Below, one piece after another: positions 1-10,673 of a DNA stretch of 64,000 nucleotides. This DNA comes from Candidatus Heimdallarchaeota archaeon (GTDB lineage Archaea; Asgardarchaeota; Heimdallarchaeia; JABLTI01), in NCBI GenBank assembly GCA_019058275.1, contig JAHLVW010000101.1:1-64000 (forward strand), written 5' to 3'. The first letter of the stretch is position 1. Each line of letters starts with the position of its first letter. The notes beneath the pieces are model-generated. The model saw only the letters and a program-made list of their open reading frames with translations. It did not search any database and was not told the DNA's origin. Both the position numbers and the translations under genes were made by a program.

Positions 1-2
1 AT

Positions 3-284
3 AGAAGACTTGTAGTCAATTATGTTCCTGAAAGCGAATTAGCAGTAGCTATAAGTCCAATCAGAGAGAATTATCCTTCAGTTTATATTAAAACACATCC
101 ACACAGTTATACTGTTAGTAATGAGAGAATTATTGAAGTTGAAATTCACATAACAATGGTTAATACAGAAGAAGAGAGTAAGATTTTAGATCAAGTTGTT
201 GAGAGGATAATTGAAACAATCAAACAATTAAAGGGTGCAAAGGGAGAAAAACCAAAAATAAGAATAGTAAATGATGATAATTAA
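3..284 (+). CDS. C-terminal part of a CinA-like (competence/damage-inducible, molybdopterin-binding domain) protein, truncated by window edge
   Basis: Open frame from pos 3 reads ...VPESELAVAISPIRENYPSVYIKTHP...IVNDDN*, matching the ESxLA...YPxVYIKSHP motif of archaeal CinA-like proteins. Confidence 0.65.
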   Translation, partial: RRLVVNYVPESELAVAISPIRENYPSVYIKTHPHSYTVSNERIIEVEIHITMVNTEEESKILDQVVERIIETIKQLKGAKGEKPKIRIVNDDN

Positions 285-306
285 TTTTTTAAGAGATGAC
301 TAAAAG

Positions 307-1086
307 ATGTACACAGCGTTCATAGTTGGAACTGCAGGATCCGGTAAAAGCTTTCTAACATCGATTCTGGCTAATCGTTTGAAGATTTTTGAAATAGATG
401 TCGCAACAATGAATTTGGATCCAGGAGTTCTAAGATTACCCTATGCTCCAGATATGGATGTAAGAGAATATATTGATATCAATGAAATAATGACCGAATA
501 TGAGCTTGGTCCAAATGGTGGACTTGTTGCTGCTGTTGATTTAATTACATCTCAGTCTGCAGAGATACTTGAAGAAATTAAAGTGCGTTCTCCAGATATT
601 TTACTAATAGATACACCAGGGCAAATGGAATTGTTTGCCTTTAGACCTACAGGAGTTATTGCTGCAAATCAATTCGGAGGAGAAAAATGTGTTCTTGTAA
701 ATCTAATGGACGCTAACTTGTGCAGAAATCCTTACGGTCTGATTAATTCAATAGTTTTAGCCTTAAGTGTCCAAATGAGGTTCTTCTATCCACAATTAAA
801 CCTAATCTCAAAAAGTGACTTAATTGAAGAATCCCAATTGGAAGATCTTCAAAATTGGATTGAAGATAGCTTCGCTTTTGAGGATGCAATAAATGCTACA
901 ATAACAGGAGAAAAGAGAGAACTAGCATTAAGGTTGCATCAGACAATTGATGAATTGCAGGTATTTGCAGAAACATTTCCTGTTAGTGCAAAGACCAATT
1001 TCAATATTGATAATTTATATGGCAAGTTACAAGTCATTTGGCAAGGTGGAGAAGATTTTCAAGTCGAAGATCGAGTAATAAGATAA
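307..1086 (+). CDS. GPN-loop GTPase
   Basis: GTAGSGKS P-loop, NLDPG, LGPNGG (GPN), DTPGQME, SKSD, VSA motifs. Confidence 0.95.
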   Translation: MYTAFIVGTAGSGKSFLTSILANRLKIFEIDVATMNLDPGVLRLPYAPDMDVREYIDINEIMTEYELGPNGGLVAAVDLITSQSAEILEEIKVRSPDILLIDTPGQMELFAFRPTGVIAANQFGGEKCVLVNLMDANLCRNPYGLINSIVLALSVQMRFFYPQLNLISKSDLIEESQLEDLQNWIEDSFAFEDAINATITGEKRELALRLHQTIDELQVFAETFPVSAKTNFNIDNLYGKLQVIWQGGEDFQVEDRVIR

Positions 1087-1098
1087 TCAAGAAATTAA

Positions 1099-1947
1099 TC
1101 AATTCATAATCTCAATCTCGAGATCTTTACCAAATTCTTTCAATAGTTTTGCTACTTTAGACACATGTCCATATCCAAGAATTATAACAACAGATGTATG
1201 ATTTCGTAATACCTTCAGAATTTGCTTACTCATGTAGACATTTCGATCCTCTAATAAAATAGAATACAACATTGGAAAATTCTGATTGAAAACAGATAAA
1301 ATGGAATCTAAAGCTTCAGGATCTTTGAAAATTTCTAATACTTCGTTCAAATTAATTTCTTCATTCTCTGACATATCTTCCAAAGATTTCATAGGGTCTT
1401 TATTATTATTAGATTCTTTCCCAAAAACATCCATGGGTTGAGCAACGATTTTTCTGTCTAGTACTAATTCATCAACAAGCTCTTGGAATTTTTCTGCTTC
1501 CTCAGATGAAACTTCTTCTTCTAAAACCTTACTGATTTCGTTTATAGATCGATCAATAAGATAGATCTCAGAACCCATTTCCTTAGCTATTTTATAAGCT
1601 ATTAACATCTCTTTACCAGGATTATCAGTTTGTGCTATTCTAGCAAGTTCACTTTCAAAGAAGCCAATGTCTTCTAACACCGCAGTAAACTCTTCAGTAT
1701 ACGTTAAACTCGAGCCTTCATCATCATTAACAGAATCTTGATCATCAAACAGCTCAGTTTTATTGTTTAATTCTTCTTGAAGAAAACTGCCATTATTAAT
1801 AAACTCATTTTCCAAAAGAGTTTGTAAACGATAATCATCTAATTCTAAGCACACTGCATCAGGTTTTACTTCTTTCAGAATTCTCGAGACTTTTTCTTGA
1901 CTTTCACTATCAATATGAGTAATTCCTACTATAGCTACTTTCGTCAA
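1099..1947 (-). CDS. TraB/GumN-family protein
   Basis: IVGITHI..S, KPDAVCLELD..R, PGKEM, LIDR, ERN-like DRN, GYGH motifs. Start re-called at TTG 1947 behind a GGTGA RBS (ORF track starts at 2019). Confidence 0.8.
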   Translation of the reverse strand: MTKVAIVGITHIDSESQEKVSRILKEVKPDAVCLELDDYRLQTLLENEFINNGSFLQEELNNKTELFDDQDSVNDDEGSSLTYTEEFTAVLEDIGFFESELARIAQTDNPGKEMLIAYKIAKEMGSEIYLIDRSINEISKVLEEEVSSEEAEKFQELVDELVLDRKIVAQPMDVFGKESNNNKDPMKSLEDMSENEEINLNEVLEIFKDPEALDSILSVFNQNFPMLYSILLEDRNVYMSKQILKVLRNHTSVVIILGYGHVSKVAKLLKEFGKDLEIEIMN

Positions 1948-1982
1948 GTTTTTCTCACCGAATATCTCCTTTTGCAATTCTA

Positions 1983-3170
1983 TTATAGTACAGCTAAGAT
2001 TTTTAATTGATTTGTCCATTTTATAATGGCTTTGTAAATATGGTTTTTGTTGATTTTTTCATCGTTTGTTTTAATACGTTCTACCATCGCCATAAATAAC
2101 AACAAAGATATTTGTCTTGGAACGGAAGTTGAGAAATTAAAAACAAATTCGTCTTTGCCAAATTTGTTGATAATTATTGTTGTAATCCATTTTGAAATAT
2201 GTGATAGTAAATCTAGGCTTAAGTCAGTAAATGAAATCTTAACACCTTTATCTTCAATAATCATTGGATTAAGATTCCCAAATATCAATTTCTCGAAATC
2301 CTCCAGAACATAGCTAAGTTCATCTGTTCCAATTCTAGAAAATTCCTTTTTTGCAGCAAAGATTTCACTGTATCCAAAAATAGCTGCAACAAAAGGTCTA
2401 GAGCTGCAATTAATGTGTTTCTTGAGAGTTTCAAAATTTTCAGGTAATTGATTTTCCCATTCTGCATATGCTGTCCCGCTTAAATGATCATGAGCAGTCT
2501 GATCGAAAACAATCTTTGGTATTCGTCGCCATATTTTCTCATTATCAACTTGATATAATTCTTTCATAATTTTGATATCTATAGGTTCTAACTTGAACAT
2601 GAGAAATCTAACAATATCATAACTAACATCAATATCAGAAGAACTAATTTTATATTGGGATTGTCGACCAATAGAAATTAAACGAGAGAAAAGCAGAATA
2701 GCTGCTTTTAATTCAATTTCTAATCTCTTAATATGTTTCTGATGTAATTTTTGTTCTTCTAAAAAGGAAATTAATCGACTAACTTTTCCATCCAAATTAT
2801 TCTTTGATTTCATGTCTCCTTTTATTCTAAGTAAATCAGCCAATCTACCTACTTTTTTCTCAGTTTGCGGTAAACCTAAGCTAATTGAATTTTTAGTAAT
2901 GAAATCAGCAACAAAATCACTAGTGAGGACATATCGTAACAAAGCAAAAGCTTCCTCAACATCTGATTCCAAGATAATCTCATTGCTATTGTTTTTAGCA
3001 ATAGAAGATGAGAAGAACATAAGGACTTGTGGTAAACCTAATTGTTTAATATCATCCGCAGAATTATCTTTAGTAAAGAAAGTTAGTTGCTTTTCTAATG
3101 CTTTTCTTGCATTCTGATCATATTTCTTAGAAGCAACTTCTGCAATGTCATCAAATGTACTGCTAATCAT
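1983..3170 (-). CDS. Hypothetical all-helical protein with four MCM-lid/histone-fold-like repeats
   Basis: 395-aa ORF with a four-fold repeated S/A..IA.....I...D[VI]..A pattern and no Walker motifs. Confidence 0.6.
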   Translation of the reverse strand: MISSTFDDIAEVASKKYDQNARKALEKQLTFFTKDNSADDIKQLGLPQVLMFFSSSIAKNNSNEIILESDVEEAFALLRYVLTSDFVADFITKNSISLGLPQTEKKVGRLADLLRIKGDMKSKNNLDGKVSRLISFLEEQKLHQKHIKRLEIELKAAILLFSRLISIGRQSQYKISSSDIDVSYDIVRFLMFKLEPIDIKIMKELYQVDNEKIWRRIPKIVFDQTAHDHLSGTAYAEWENQLPENFETLKKHINCSSRPFVAAIFGYSEIFAAKKEFSRIGTDELSYVLEDFEKLIFGNLNPMIIEDKGVKISFTDLSLDLLSHISKWITTIIINKFGKDEFVFNFSTSVPRQISLLLFMAMVERIKTNDEKINKNHIYKAIIKWTNQLKILAVL

Positions 3171-3388
3171 TTTACCACTTCTTGATTTGAAATTTGGATT
3201 CTAACAGCTTTTTTTATTTTAGTACTCTTTCAGTCTTTTTTATACCTATTATTGTTTAATAAATTATTTAATTTGTTAATATCTACGAAATACTAACAAT
3301 AAACAAGCACTATCTAAAAGGTTAAAAAGTCCAAGCAATCGGTGTTTATTTAGAAAAGAAATTAACTAACAATACAGGAAGAAGAACA

Positions 3389-4045
3389 ATGGTTTATCAT
3401 TCAAAGAATGGCAACAATGTAGATAAAAAAGTCTTAGAAATTATTTTGGATCATGTACGATTAGTTTTAAGCGGATCTGAGACATTATCAAAAATCGTAG
3501 ATTGTTGGAAATCACCTGGAAGAGAAGTCTTCAACAAAGAAATAAAAGAACTCGATGCATTGGAGGCAAAAGCAAATACTTTGAAAAACTGTGCTATGAA
3601 AGAAATTTCTGATGCTGGACCTGCTTTATTATTTAGACAAGATCTTATGAGAATTGTTAGATGCATAGATCAAATAATCGATTTGGGACAAGGTGCAGCT
3701 TATTTTCTAGAACAATTGGATAAGGATTGGATGCCTCCAAAAACCTTAGTAAAGAATTTACAAGGATTAGTCGAAAAAACACTAATTGTTTCTAGATCAC
3801 TAGTCGATTTAGTTAGAGCGCTATATCAAAAATTGGATAAAGTAATAGAAATCTCAGAATCAATTGAAATTATGGAAAATAAAGCTGATGTTAACTATCG
3901 AGCATTAATTATTGAAATTGCCAAGCTCGATGCACCAAAAGGTATTTCAGTTTTAGTCAGAGAATCAATTGATCGAATTGAAGATATGGTTGATTCTACA
4001 AGAGATGTTGCTTCACACATACGTGTTTATGCAATGTCACGATGA
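3389..4045 (+). CDS. DUF47/PhoU-like phosphate transport regulator
   Basis: LEAKAN..K, FRQDL, IDQIID, E.MENKAD, IEDMVD repeated helical motifs. Confidence 0.85.
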   Translation: MVYHSKNGNNVDKKVLEIILDHVRLVLSGSETLSKIVDCWKSPGREVFNKEIKELDALEAKANTLKNCAMKEISDAGPALLFRQDLMRIVRCIDQIIDLGQGAAYFLEQLDKDWMPPKTLVKNLQGLVEKTLIVSRSLVDLVRALYQKLDKVIEISESIEIMENKADVNYRALIIEIAKLDAPKGISVLVRESIDRIEDMVDSTRDVASHIRVYAMSR

Positions 4046-4163
4046 GAAGTAATTTCCTTTACTTTTCACACCCATTTTTTATTATTATTGAGGAATTATT
4101 TTTAACTTGTTTACATTAATCACACTAGCAGTGTAGTTTAAACATTCCTAATTACCAAATAAA

Positions 4164-4739
4164 GTGATACAAATGAATCCCAGTAAAAAAGTGTTAATCA
4201 TTGCTGAATTAGTAAAAGATAGAGTAATAATCTGGGATTTTGAACAAGGATCAAAGTTATATAATTCAGGATTTTTTGGAAAACCTATAGGTATTAGAAA
4301 ACCTAAAGGAGAAAGTTTTGAACGTCCTCTTGAATTGTCACTAATAGAAGCCTGTTATTTGTTAGAGAATGGTAGAATCAAAATACTACAGAAGAAAACA
4401 AAAAATGAAATCTCTATTAGAAATTTAATTAAAAAGGGACAAAAAGTCATTCCTTTGTTTGACGAGAAAATACTAATTTACAAAGACATTAGAAATCGTG
4501 GACTTGTACCTAGACCTGGTTTGAAATTCGGAGCTGATTTCGCAGTTTATCAACAAGGACCAGGATTAGATCATTCACCATACGTGATTACAGCATTACC
4601 TAGAGGAAGTGAATTATCAGCAATTGAGTTAGTACGAGCAGGAAGATTAGCAACTTCAGTGAGAAAAAAATTCGTTATTGCTACAATTCTATCTTCAAAC
4701 AAAGTAAAATATTATGGGTTTGTTTGGAATAAACCCTGA
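4164..4739 (+). CDS. endA: tRNA-splicing endonuclease, catalytic subunit
   Basis: LELSLIEACYL, GLKFGADFAVY, GPGLDHSPY, RLATSVRKK (Tyr/His/Lys triad). Confidence 0.93.
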   Translation: MIQMNPSKKVLIIAELVKDRVIIWDFEQGSKLYNSGFFGKPIGIRKPKGESFERPLELSLIEACYLLENGRIKILQKKTKNEISIRNLIKKGQKVIPLFDEKILIYKDIRNRGLVPRPGLKFGADFAVYQQGPGLDHSPYVITALPRGSELSAIELVRAGRLATSVRKKFVIATILSSNKVKYYGFVWNKP

Positions 4740-4767
4740 GAAAATTTTGCAATCGAGACGAAAACGT

Positions 4768-5754
4768 ATGTCACTAGAGAAATCTGCTTCCTCATCTGTT
4801 ATTTATCCAGAAATAAAAGAACGATTAGCAAAGCAAGGATATCAATTGTATGGGAAACAAGTAGCTGTAAAGAAATGCTTGTGGACACACAACTATTTGA
4901 AAGAGGATAGATTTTGCTATAAATCAGCTTATGGAATACAAAGCCATAGATGCATACAAGCCACTCCTACATTACTTTGCAATCACCAATGTCTTTTTTG
5001 TTGGAGATTACAAGAAAAGGATATAGGAAAAAAACCAATTTGGAAAGTTAAGGATTCAGATTTTGACACACCAGAAGAAGTATACCAAGGGTTAATTTGG
5101 GGATGGAAAAGGTGTATTTCTGGTTATAAACCAATTGTTACACAAGAGAAATTTAGTGAAGCATCAAAACCTAAACATGTAGCTTTGAGTTTAGCTGGTG
5201 AACCAACGCTTTATCCATTTATAGTTGAATTATTATCATTATTGCATGAAAAGGGATTAACAACTTTTCTCGTATCAAATGGATCGAATCCTAATGCATT
5301 TGAAAAGATGTTTAAGTCAGGCGTCTTCCCAACTCAATTGTATATTACAATTCCAGCACCTAATAAAGATAATTACATCAAAACCTGTAAACCATTAATA
5401 AAAAATGGTTGGGATGAGATCAATAGAAGTTTAGAGCTAATGGCGAAAATGACTGGACGAACTGTTACTCGACTAACTATGGCTAAGAAAATAAACATGA
5501 TTAAACCAAAGGAGTATGTTCCATTAATTAAGAAAGCAAATCCTTCGTTTATAGAAGTCAAGGGATTTGTTCCAGTTGGATTCTCTCAATACCGAGTAAC
5601 TCGTGCTAATATGCCATACATTGAGGATATACAATCATATACAGATCAAATTAAAGAAGAATTGCCTGAGTATAAACAGGTATTTGAAATGGAAGAAAGC
5701 AAGGTTGTTATTTTATCTAACAATAAACATCCATTAAAAATTGACAATCTTTAA
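4768..5754 (+). CDS. taw1: 4-demethylwyosine synthase (radical SAM, TYW1 family)
   Basis: VKKCLWT, CYK..YGIQSHRC, CNHQCLFCWR, HVALSLAGEPTLYP. Start probably ATG 4768 (track 4714 overlaps endA). Confidence 0.93.
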   Translation: MSLEKSASSSVIYPEIKERLAKQGYQLYGKQVAVKKCLWTHNYLKEDRFCYKSAYGIQSHRCIQATPTLLCNHQCLFCWRLQEKDIGKKPIWKVKDSDFDTPEEVYQGLIWGWKRCISGYKPIVTQEKFSEASKPKHVALSLAGEPTLYPFIVELLSLLHEKGLTTFLVSNGSNPNAFEKMFKSGVFPTQLYITIPAPNKDNYIKTCKPLIKNGWDEINRSLELMAKMTGRTVTRLTMAKKINMIKPKEYVPLIKKANPSFIEVKGFVPVGFSQYRVTRANMPYIEDIQSYTDQIKEELPEYKQVFEMEESKVVILSNNKHPLKIDNL

Positions 5755-5893
5755 ATCTATATTACTCCTTTATTCTTTGTAAATTTACCCTCTTCTAGTA
5801 ATCAAAATTTAATAAATTAAGAAGGAAATAAAATATTTGTAATAAAAGAAAAGAATCATTGTCCATTGAAAGAACAATGAATTGTGCTGAGTT

Positions 5894-7519
5894 CTATTTG
5901 AGGTTCTTTTTAAGAATTTTTGAAACATTCTCAGTACCAATTGTATGAATGTAAGGACCCAATTTTGGACCACGATCTGTGTTTAATAATATTTGATACA
6001 GAAGTTTGAAGAAATCTCTTGGTTTTATATTATTATTTCTCGCTGTTTCAAAAATAGCACTTTGTATTGCATCAATTTCATCTAAACCTTTTAGTGATGT
6101 TATAAGATCTTTAATTGCAACTTTCTGTTCATCTGAAAGTTCTAGAGTAATATCTTCAACACTTTTGAAATCATTAACCCAGTTTGTAGCATAGTCGCAT
6201 CTGGTTTTAATATCACTAAGCTTTGCACCATCTCGCAAGTACCCATATTCAATTAGTCTTGTTTCCAAGAATTCCTCTCGAGATTTTTCTGGAGCAACTG
6301 CTATGAGATTTACAAGTAGATTGTAAGGTACATGTAATGATCGATTTTCTGGTGGTTTCAGATACCAGCAGTATTCATACAATCCAACCATTTTTCGTTT
6401 TCGAGCTGGATTGCTTTCTTTAATACGATTGAAGTATACATCCTCAAGATAATCAATTTCTTTCATATATACTGGAATATCATCTATTGATAATGATCTA
6501 CTACCGGTCATTCGTTTGTAGGTAAGAAGAGCAAGTGATTGTATTGAACCATATTTAAGCCAAGTTTGTGGTGTGAAAACATTTCCCGCAGATTTAGATA
6601 TTTTTGACCCACCTTTATCTAAGTACATCTCATATCGAGCGTGTGCTGGTGGTTCGTAATCGTAAATTTCCTTACAAACTTTATCATTGCAAGTGACAGA
6701 TTCAAATATATCTTTACCAAAGGCTTCAAAATCTATTTGCTGTAAATCCCATCTTGCAGCAAATTCGACTTTCCAAGTTAATTTTCCTTCTCCTTTTGAG
6801 ATATCAGACCAGCCACGATGGTTACAGCCCTCAAGCTTTCTACCTCTAATTTCGTCACCTTCACAGATATATTCAACTAATCCTTTCTTAGCATCAAAAC
6901 TGATAGCTTGAGTAGTGTATATTTTTCCACATTTCTCACAAATTGCATGATAAGGTAAAACATCAATATACTTCTTTTGACCTGTAGTTTCTTTAATTAT
7001 CTCACCAGCAAGTTTAGCTTTGGATAATAATTTCTTTACTTGTGGAGCCATTTTTCCAGTTGTATATAGCTTGTAAGCTGATTGGGGTGTAAATTCTATA
7101 CCTGCAATTTCTAGTGATTCTATAAGAAGAGAAGACATATGTTCTCCATAGCTTTTATGACATCCCCAAGGATCAGGAATAGTACTTACAGGTTTTCCTA
7201 AATGTTCTTTCAATTCAGGAGGAGTACCAGCAGGTACCTTTCTTAGACCATCCATATCATCTGCGAAAGCAATATATTCTGATTCTCTGCCCAAATCCTC
7301 AATAGCTAATTTAAACCCATAAGCTCTTGAAGCGTCTGCAAATGAACCAATATGTGGAAAGCCAGATGTACCTAGACCACTTTCAGTTCTAATGACAACT
7401 GGGTGATTACCTTTGAGATTATCTTTTCGTTCTAAAACACTGAGAGCTATTTTATCGATCCATGTTCCACGACCAATAACCTCATCAATATCTTCACCTA
7501 GGTCAAATTCTTGAGTCAA
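5894..7519 (-). CDS. lysK: Lysyl-tRNA synthetase, class I
   Basis: SGFPHIGS, DDMDGLRKVP, GKLTWKVEFAARW, KISKSAGN, GPKLG. Confidence 0.95.
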   Translation of the reverse strand: MTQEFDLGEDIDEVIGRGTWIDKIALSVLERKDNLKGNHPVVIRTESGLGTSGFPHIGSFADASRAYGFKLAIEDLGRESEYIAFADDMDGLRKVPAGTPPELKEHLGKPVSTIPDPWGCHKSYGEHMSSLLIESLEIAGIEFTPQSAYKLYTTGKMAPQVKKLLSKAKLAGEIIKETTGQKKYIDVLPYHAICEKCGKIYTTQAISFDAKKGLVEYICEGDEIRGRKLEGCNHRGWSDISKGEGKLTWKVEFAARWDLQQIDFEAFGKDIFESVTCNDKVCKEIYDYEPPAHARYEMYLDKGGSKISKSAGNVFTPQTWLKYGSIQSLALLTYKRMTGSRSLSIDDIPVYMKEIDYLEDVYFNRIKESNPARKRKMVGLYEYCWYLKPPENRSLHVPYNLLVNLIAVAPEKSREEFLETRLIEYGYLRDGAKLSDIKTRCDYATNWVNDFKSVEDITLELSDEQKVAIKDLITSLKGLDEIDAIQSAIFETARNNNIKPRDFFKLLYQILLNTDRGPKLGPYIHTIGTENVSKILKKNLK

Positions 7520-7640
7520 TTCTATTACCCCTAGTTCAAATTAATGCTTCTTGCATTAAAAAGCAAAAACTTGTCATATATATTAATTGCCCTAAACTAT
7601 GATAATTAAAAAAAGAGAATAGCTAATGCTATTCTTTAAA

Positions 7641-8678
7641 CTAATTTCTTGTCGGATCCATTGCGTCTAACAGTGCATCTCCAAGTAAATTAAATCCTAA
7701 GATGGTAATGAAAATCATTGTTGATGGCCATGTTGGCATCCACCAATAGGTAAGTAGATTATCTCTATGGTAAGCTAAGTCATCACCCCAGGTTACTGCT
7801 GTAGCATCACCCAATCCAAAAAAGGCTAGTGCTGCAATAGTTATCAAAGTATTTGCTATACCTAATGTAGTTACTACTATTACAGGTGAAAGGGTATTTG
7901 GAATGATATGTCTAAAGATGATTCTCGAATCCTTAGCTCCTAATGCTCGTTCTGCTTCAATAAATTCAGTGTTTTTTAGTGACAGAATTTTACTCCGGAC
8001 AAGTAAACTTGTTCCGCCCAAGCCAATAAGTGCGAATATCATTATTACAATCATATAGATTCCACCTGGAACTTGACCTGCTATATCTCTAAAGATGGCA
8101 ACTACAAAGATAAACAGAATAAATGGGGGCATTGCAGAAATAACTTCGTTTAAACGTTGTATTATATCATCGATTGCTCCACCATAATAACCAGATACAG
8201 CGCCGATTATCATTCCTAAAATGCTTGTTGATATCTGACCAACGAATCCTAATGTCAATGATAATGATGAACCAAAGAAAGTTCTAGAAAGAATATCATA
8301 TCCTCTTGTATCAGTTCCAAAAGGATACTGTGCACTTGGTTTCAGAATTTGATCCCCAGGTATAATATATCTTGGGTGAGCAATTAATCGAAGATACCTT
8401 TGAGTTCCAGGTATCCATAATTCAATATAGTAGTTATTTTGGTCCCATGGATCTGCTGTTGGATTATTCAACCCAAACAATGCATCATATTGCTGGATAA
8501 GAAAAGCAACGACTGCTATAGTTATAAGAAATGATACTAAATAGAATCCTATCATTCCCGTTTGACTTTTTTTCATTCGTCTCATAACGAGACCCCAAAG
8601 ATTAGAACCCTCTACTAATTTTATTTCTTCAAGGATTCTTACTTCTCTATCAATGCTTGTTTCAGTTACTGTAGCCAA
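7641..8678 (-). CDS. Peptide/nickel ABC transporter permease, DppC/OppC type
   Basis: PFGTD..G.DILSR, EFIEAERALGA..RIIFRHIIPN, FNLLGDAL.DAMDP. Confidence 0.92.
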   Translation of the reverse strand: MATVTETSIDREVRILEEIKLVEGSNLWGLVMRRMKKSQTGMIGFYLVSFLITIAVVAFLIQQYDALFGLNNPTADPWDQNNYYIELWIPGTQRYLRLIAHPRYIIPGDQILKPSAQYPFGTDTRGYDILSRTFFGSSLSLTLGFVGQISTSILGMIIGAVSGYYGGAIDDIIQRLNEVISAMPPFILFIFVVAIFRDIAGQVPGGIYMIVIMIFALIGLGGTSLLVRSKILSLKNTEFIEAERALGAKDSRIIFRHIIPNTLSPVIVVTTLGIANTLITIAALAFFGLGDATAVTWGDDLAYHRDNLLTYWWMPTWPSTMIFITILGFNLLGDALLDAMDPTRN

Positions 8679-8694
8679 TTCATAGTCATCTCCT

Positions 8695-9732
8695 TTAGTA
8701 TCTTATTCTCGGATCGACTAGAGCATAGCTCAAATCTACCAACAATCGAAAGACTAAGAATAATCCTCCAAATATGAAGTTCGTAGCCATCATCATAGGC
8801 TGGTCTCTTTGAAGAGCACTTGTTAAAAACACTGAACCAAGTCCTGGCCAGCCAAAAACTCCTTCTGTCATAACAGCTCCACCTATCAATCCTGGTAGAG
8901 CTAGTCCCACAACGGTCACAATTGGTAATAAGGCATTTCTAAAAGCATGTTTGTAAATTACTTTCCTTTCAGAAAGACCTTTTGCTCTTGCAGTAGTAAT
9001 ATAATCTTGTCTTAATATATCTAATAATTGGGACCTCGTTAACCTTGCCAAAAACACTAATCCTGTCATAACTAATGTTATTGTTGGGAGTATTAAGAAA
9101 ACATAAAATGTACCATTAAGTATAAACGGTTCCCGGAATGCCTCGCCTTGCGTTGCTCCTGTAAAGTTGAACATATAAAATGACGCCAACATTACCAGCT
9201 TAGCCAGCCAAAACGTCGGCATTGAATACCCTATTAATGAAGCAATAGTTACTCCTTTATCCCAAATTGAGTATTGTCTTGTCGCTTGAATAACTCCAAT
9301 TACTGTTGCTAGTATTGTACTAATAATAAATGCTGGTGTTGTTAAAAAGAGTGTATACCATAATCTCGAAGTAATAATGTCAGAAATGGGTTTCCCAATA
9401 TTTCCACTTTGAGTCCAATACCACGATCTTCCTAAGTCACCTTGGATAATCCCGTTACGTTCACCATGGTTATTTTTCATAAAACCTAACCATCGAAGAT
9501 AGCGAACAAATACATTGATTTGATTTCCTTCTTCATCAAGTAAACCGATATCATAACCAATTTCATTATACAATGCTTCGTAATCAGCTATATCTCCTAC
9601 CCAAAAACCCAATCTGATTTGTATTGGATCACCAGGAGAAGCTGCTATCATTGCAAAACTAATAATCGATATTCCAATTAACGTTGGAAAGATGTACAGA
9701 AAACGCTTCATCGCGTAATTCCTTATGGACAT
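8695..9732 (-). CDS. Peptide/nickel ABC transporter permease, DppB/OppB type
   Basis: PGDP, GDLGRS, DYITTARAKGL..HAFRNA, E.VFGWPGLG, DPRIRY. Start ATG 9732 follows GGTGA. Confidence 0.92.
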   Translation of the reverse strand: MSIRNYAMKRFLYIFPTLIGISIISFAMIAASPGDPIQIRLGFWVGDIADYEALYNEIGYDIGLLDEEGNQINVFVRYLRWLGFMKNNHGERNGIIQGDLGRSWYWTQSGNIGKPISDIITSRLWYTLFLTTPAFIISTILATVIGVIQATRQYSIWDKGVTIASLIGYSMPTFWLAKLVMLASFYMFNFTGATQGEAFREPFILNGTFYVFLILPTITLVMTGLVFLARLTRSQLLDILRQDYITTARAKGLSERKVIYKHAFRNALLPIVTVVGLALPGLIGGAVMTEGVFGWPGLGSVFLTSALQRDQPMMMATNFIFGGLFLVFRLLVDLSYALVDPRIRY

Positions 9733-10019
9733 TTTTATCACCTTACCGATTTTCTGCTTCATGAGAAGCTCTTTTTTTATTAATCATATCAAACAATATA
9801 TCGTATTTATTTTATATTGTCTTAACTATATATTGCTTTGGCGATATATAATATTTTGGAAAGATACAAAAATAGAAGAAATAGAAGGTGAATGTAACAA
9901 AAATTGGCTTCATACTAAGATAATATATTCGGATTATGTAGATACTACGTGTTTTAATATCGTACTTCTTCTAAAGTAAATCACTAATTGAAAGTTAGTG
10001 AGGGCAAGGTGAAATACAA

Positions 10020-10673
10020 GTGAGTCTAAAACAAATATGGATTCTACAAGAATCAGGAACATGCGTTTTTCATAGAAAATACGATAAAAGCAGCAATGAT
10101 GAGAACTTAATTAGTGGATTCTTAAGTGCTGTAAACTCATTTGTTGGATCATTTGGAGCAGAAATTAAGTGGATAGAAACAAACAAGTACAGATTCGTTT
10201 TCAACATGAGTGATCAATTGATCTTCGTTGCATGCACAGGAATAAATGACCATGCTCCATTTACTTACAAACGACTTTGTCGAATTTCAGATCACTTCAA
10301 CATGATGTTTGGTAAGGATTTATTTGAATCTGGAGATCCAATACCAATTGACATTTTCAAAAAGATTGCTCCTACAGTTAATCGTATTTTTGGCATTGCT
10401 GATGATTACAATCAAGCAATTGTTACTAAACCAGCTCCATTAGCTAAAGAGGAACTGCGATTTGATACAAAGGAAGCCAGATTAATGTCTTTCATTCGGT
10501 ATAAGAGACGAGTTTCAATTAGTGATATTGTTCACTTTCTAAGAATTCCTGACGAAGAAGCAGAGAATGCTCTAAATAAATTAGAGAATAGACGATTTAT
10601 TCAGCGAACAGAACACCATGATGGTTCTGAAAAATTCGGAATACACCCTATTGTCAGAAGTATGTTTTCTTAA
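10020..10673 (+). CDS. Longin-like domain fused to C-terminal winged helix
   Basis: N-terminal IWIL..SG.CVF.R.Y....DENLISGFLSAV.SF pattern of Asgard longin domains. C-terminal LMSFI....VSISDIV..L.I...EAENALNKLE.R.FI wHTH. Confidence 0.7.
   Translation: MSLKQIWILQESGTCVFHRKYDKSSNDENLISGFLSAVNSFVGSFGAEIKWIETNKYRFVFNMSDQLIFVACTGINDHAPFTYKRLCRISDHFNMMFGKDLFESGDPIPIDIFKKIAPTVNRIFGIADDYNQAIVTKPAPLAKEELRFDTKEARLMSFIRYKRRVSISDIVHFLRIPDEEAENALNKLENRRFIQRTEHHDGSEKFGIHPIVRSMFS

Noticed and set aside
7641-9732. Dpp permeases lacking adjacent ATPase/binding protein
   Set aside because: Split ABC loci are common; partners are probably elsewhere
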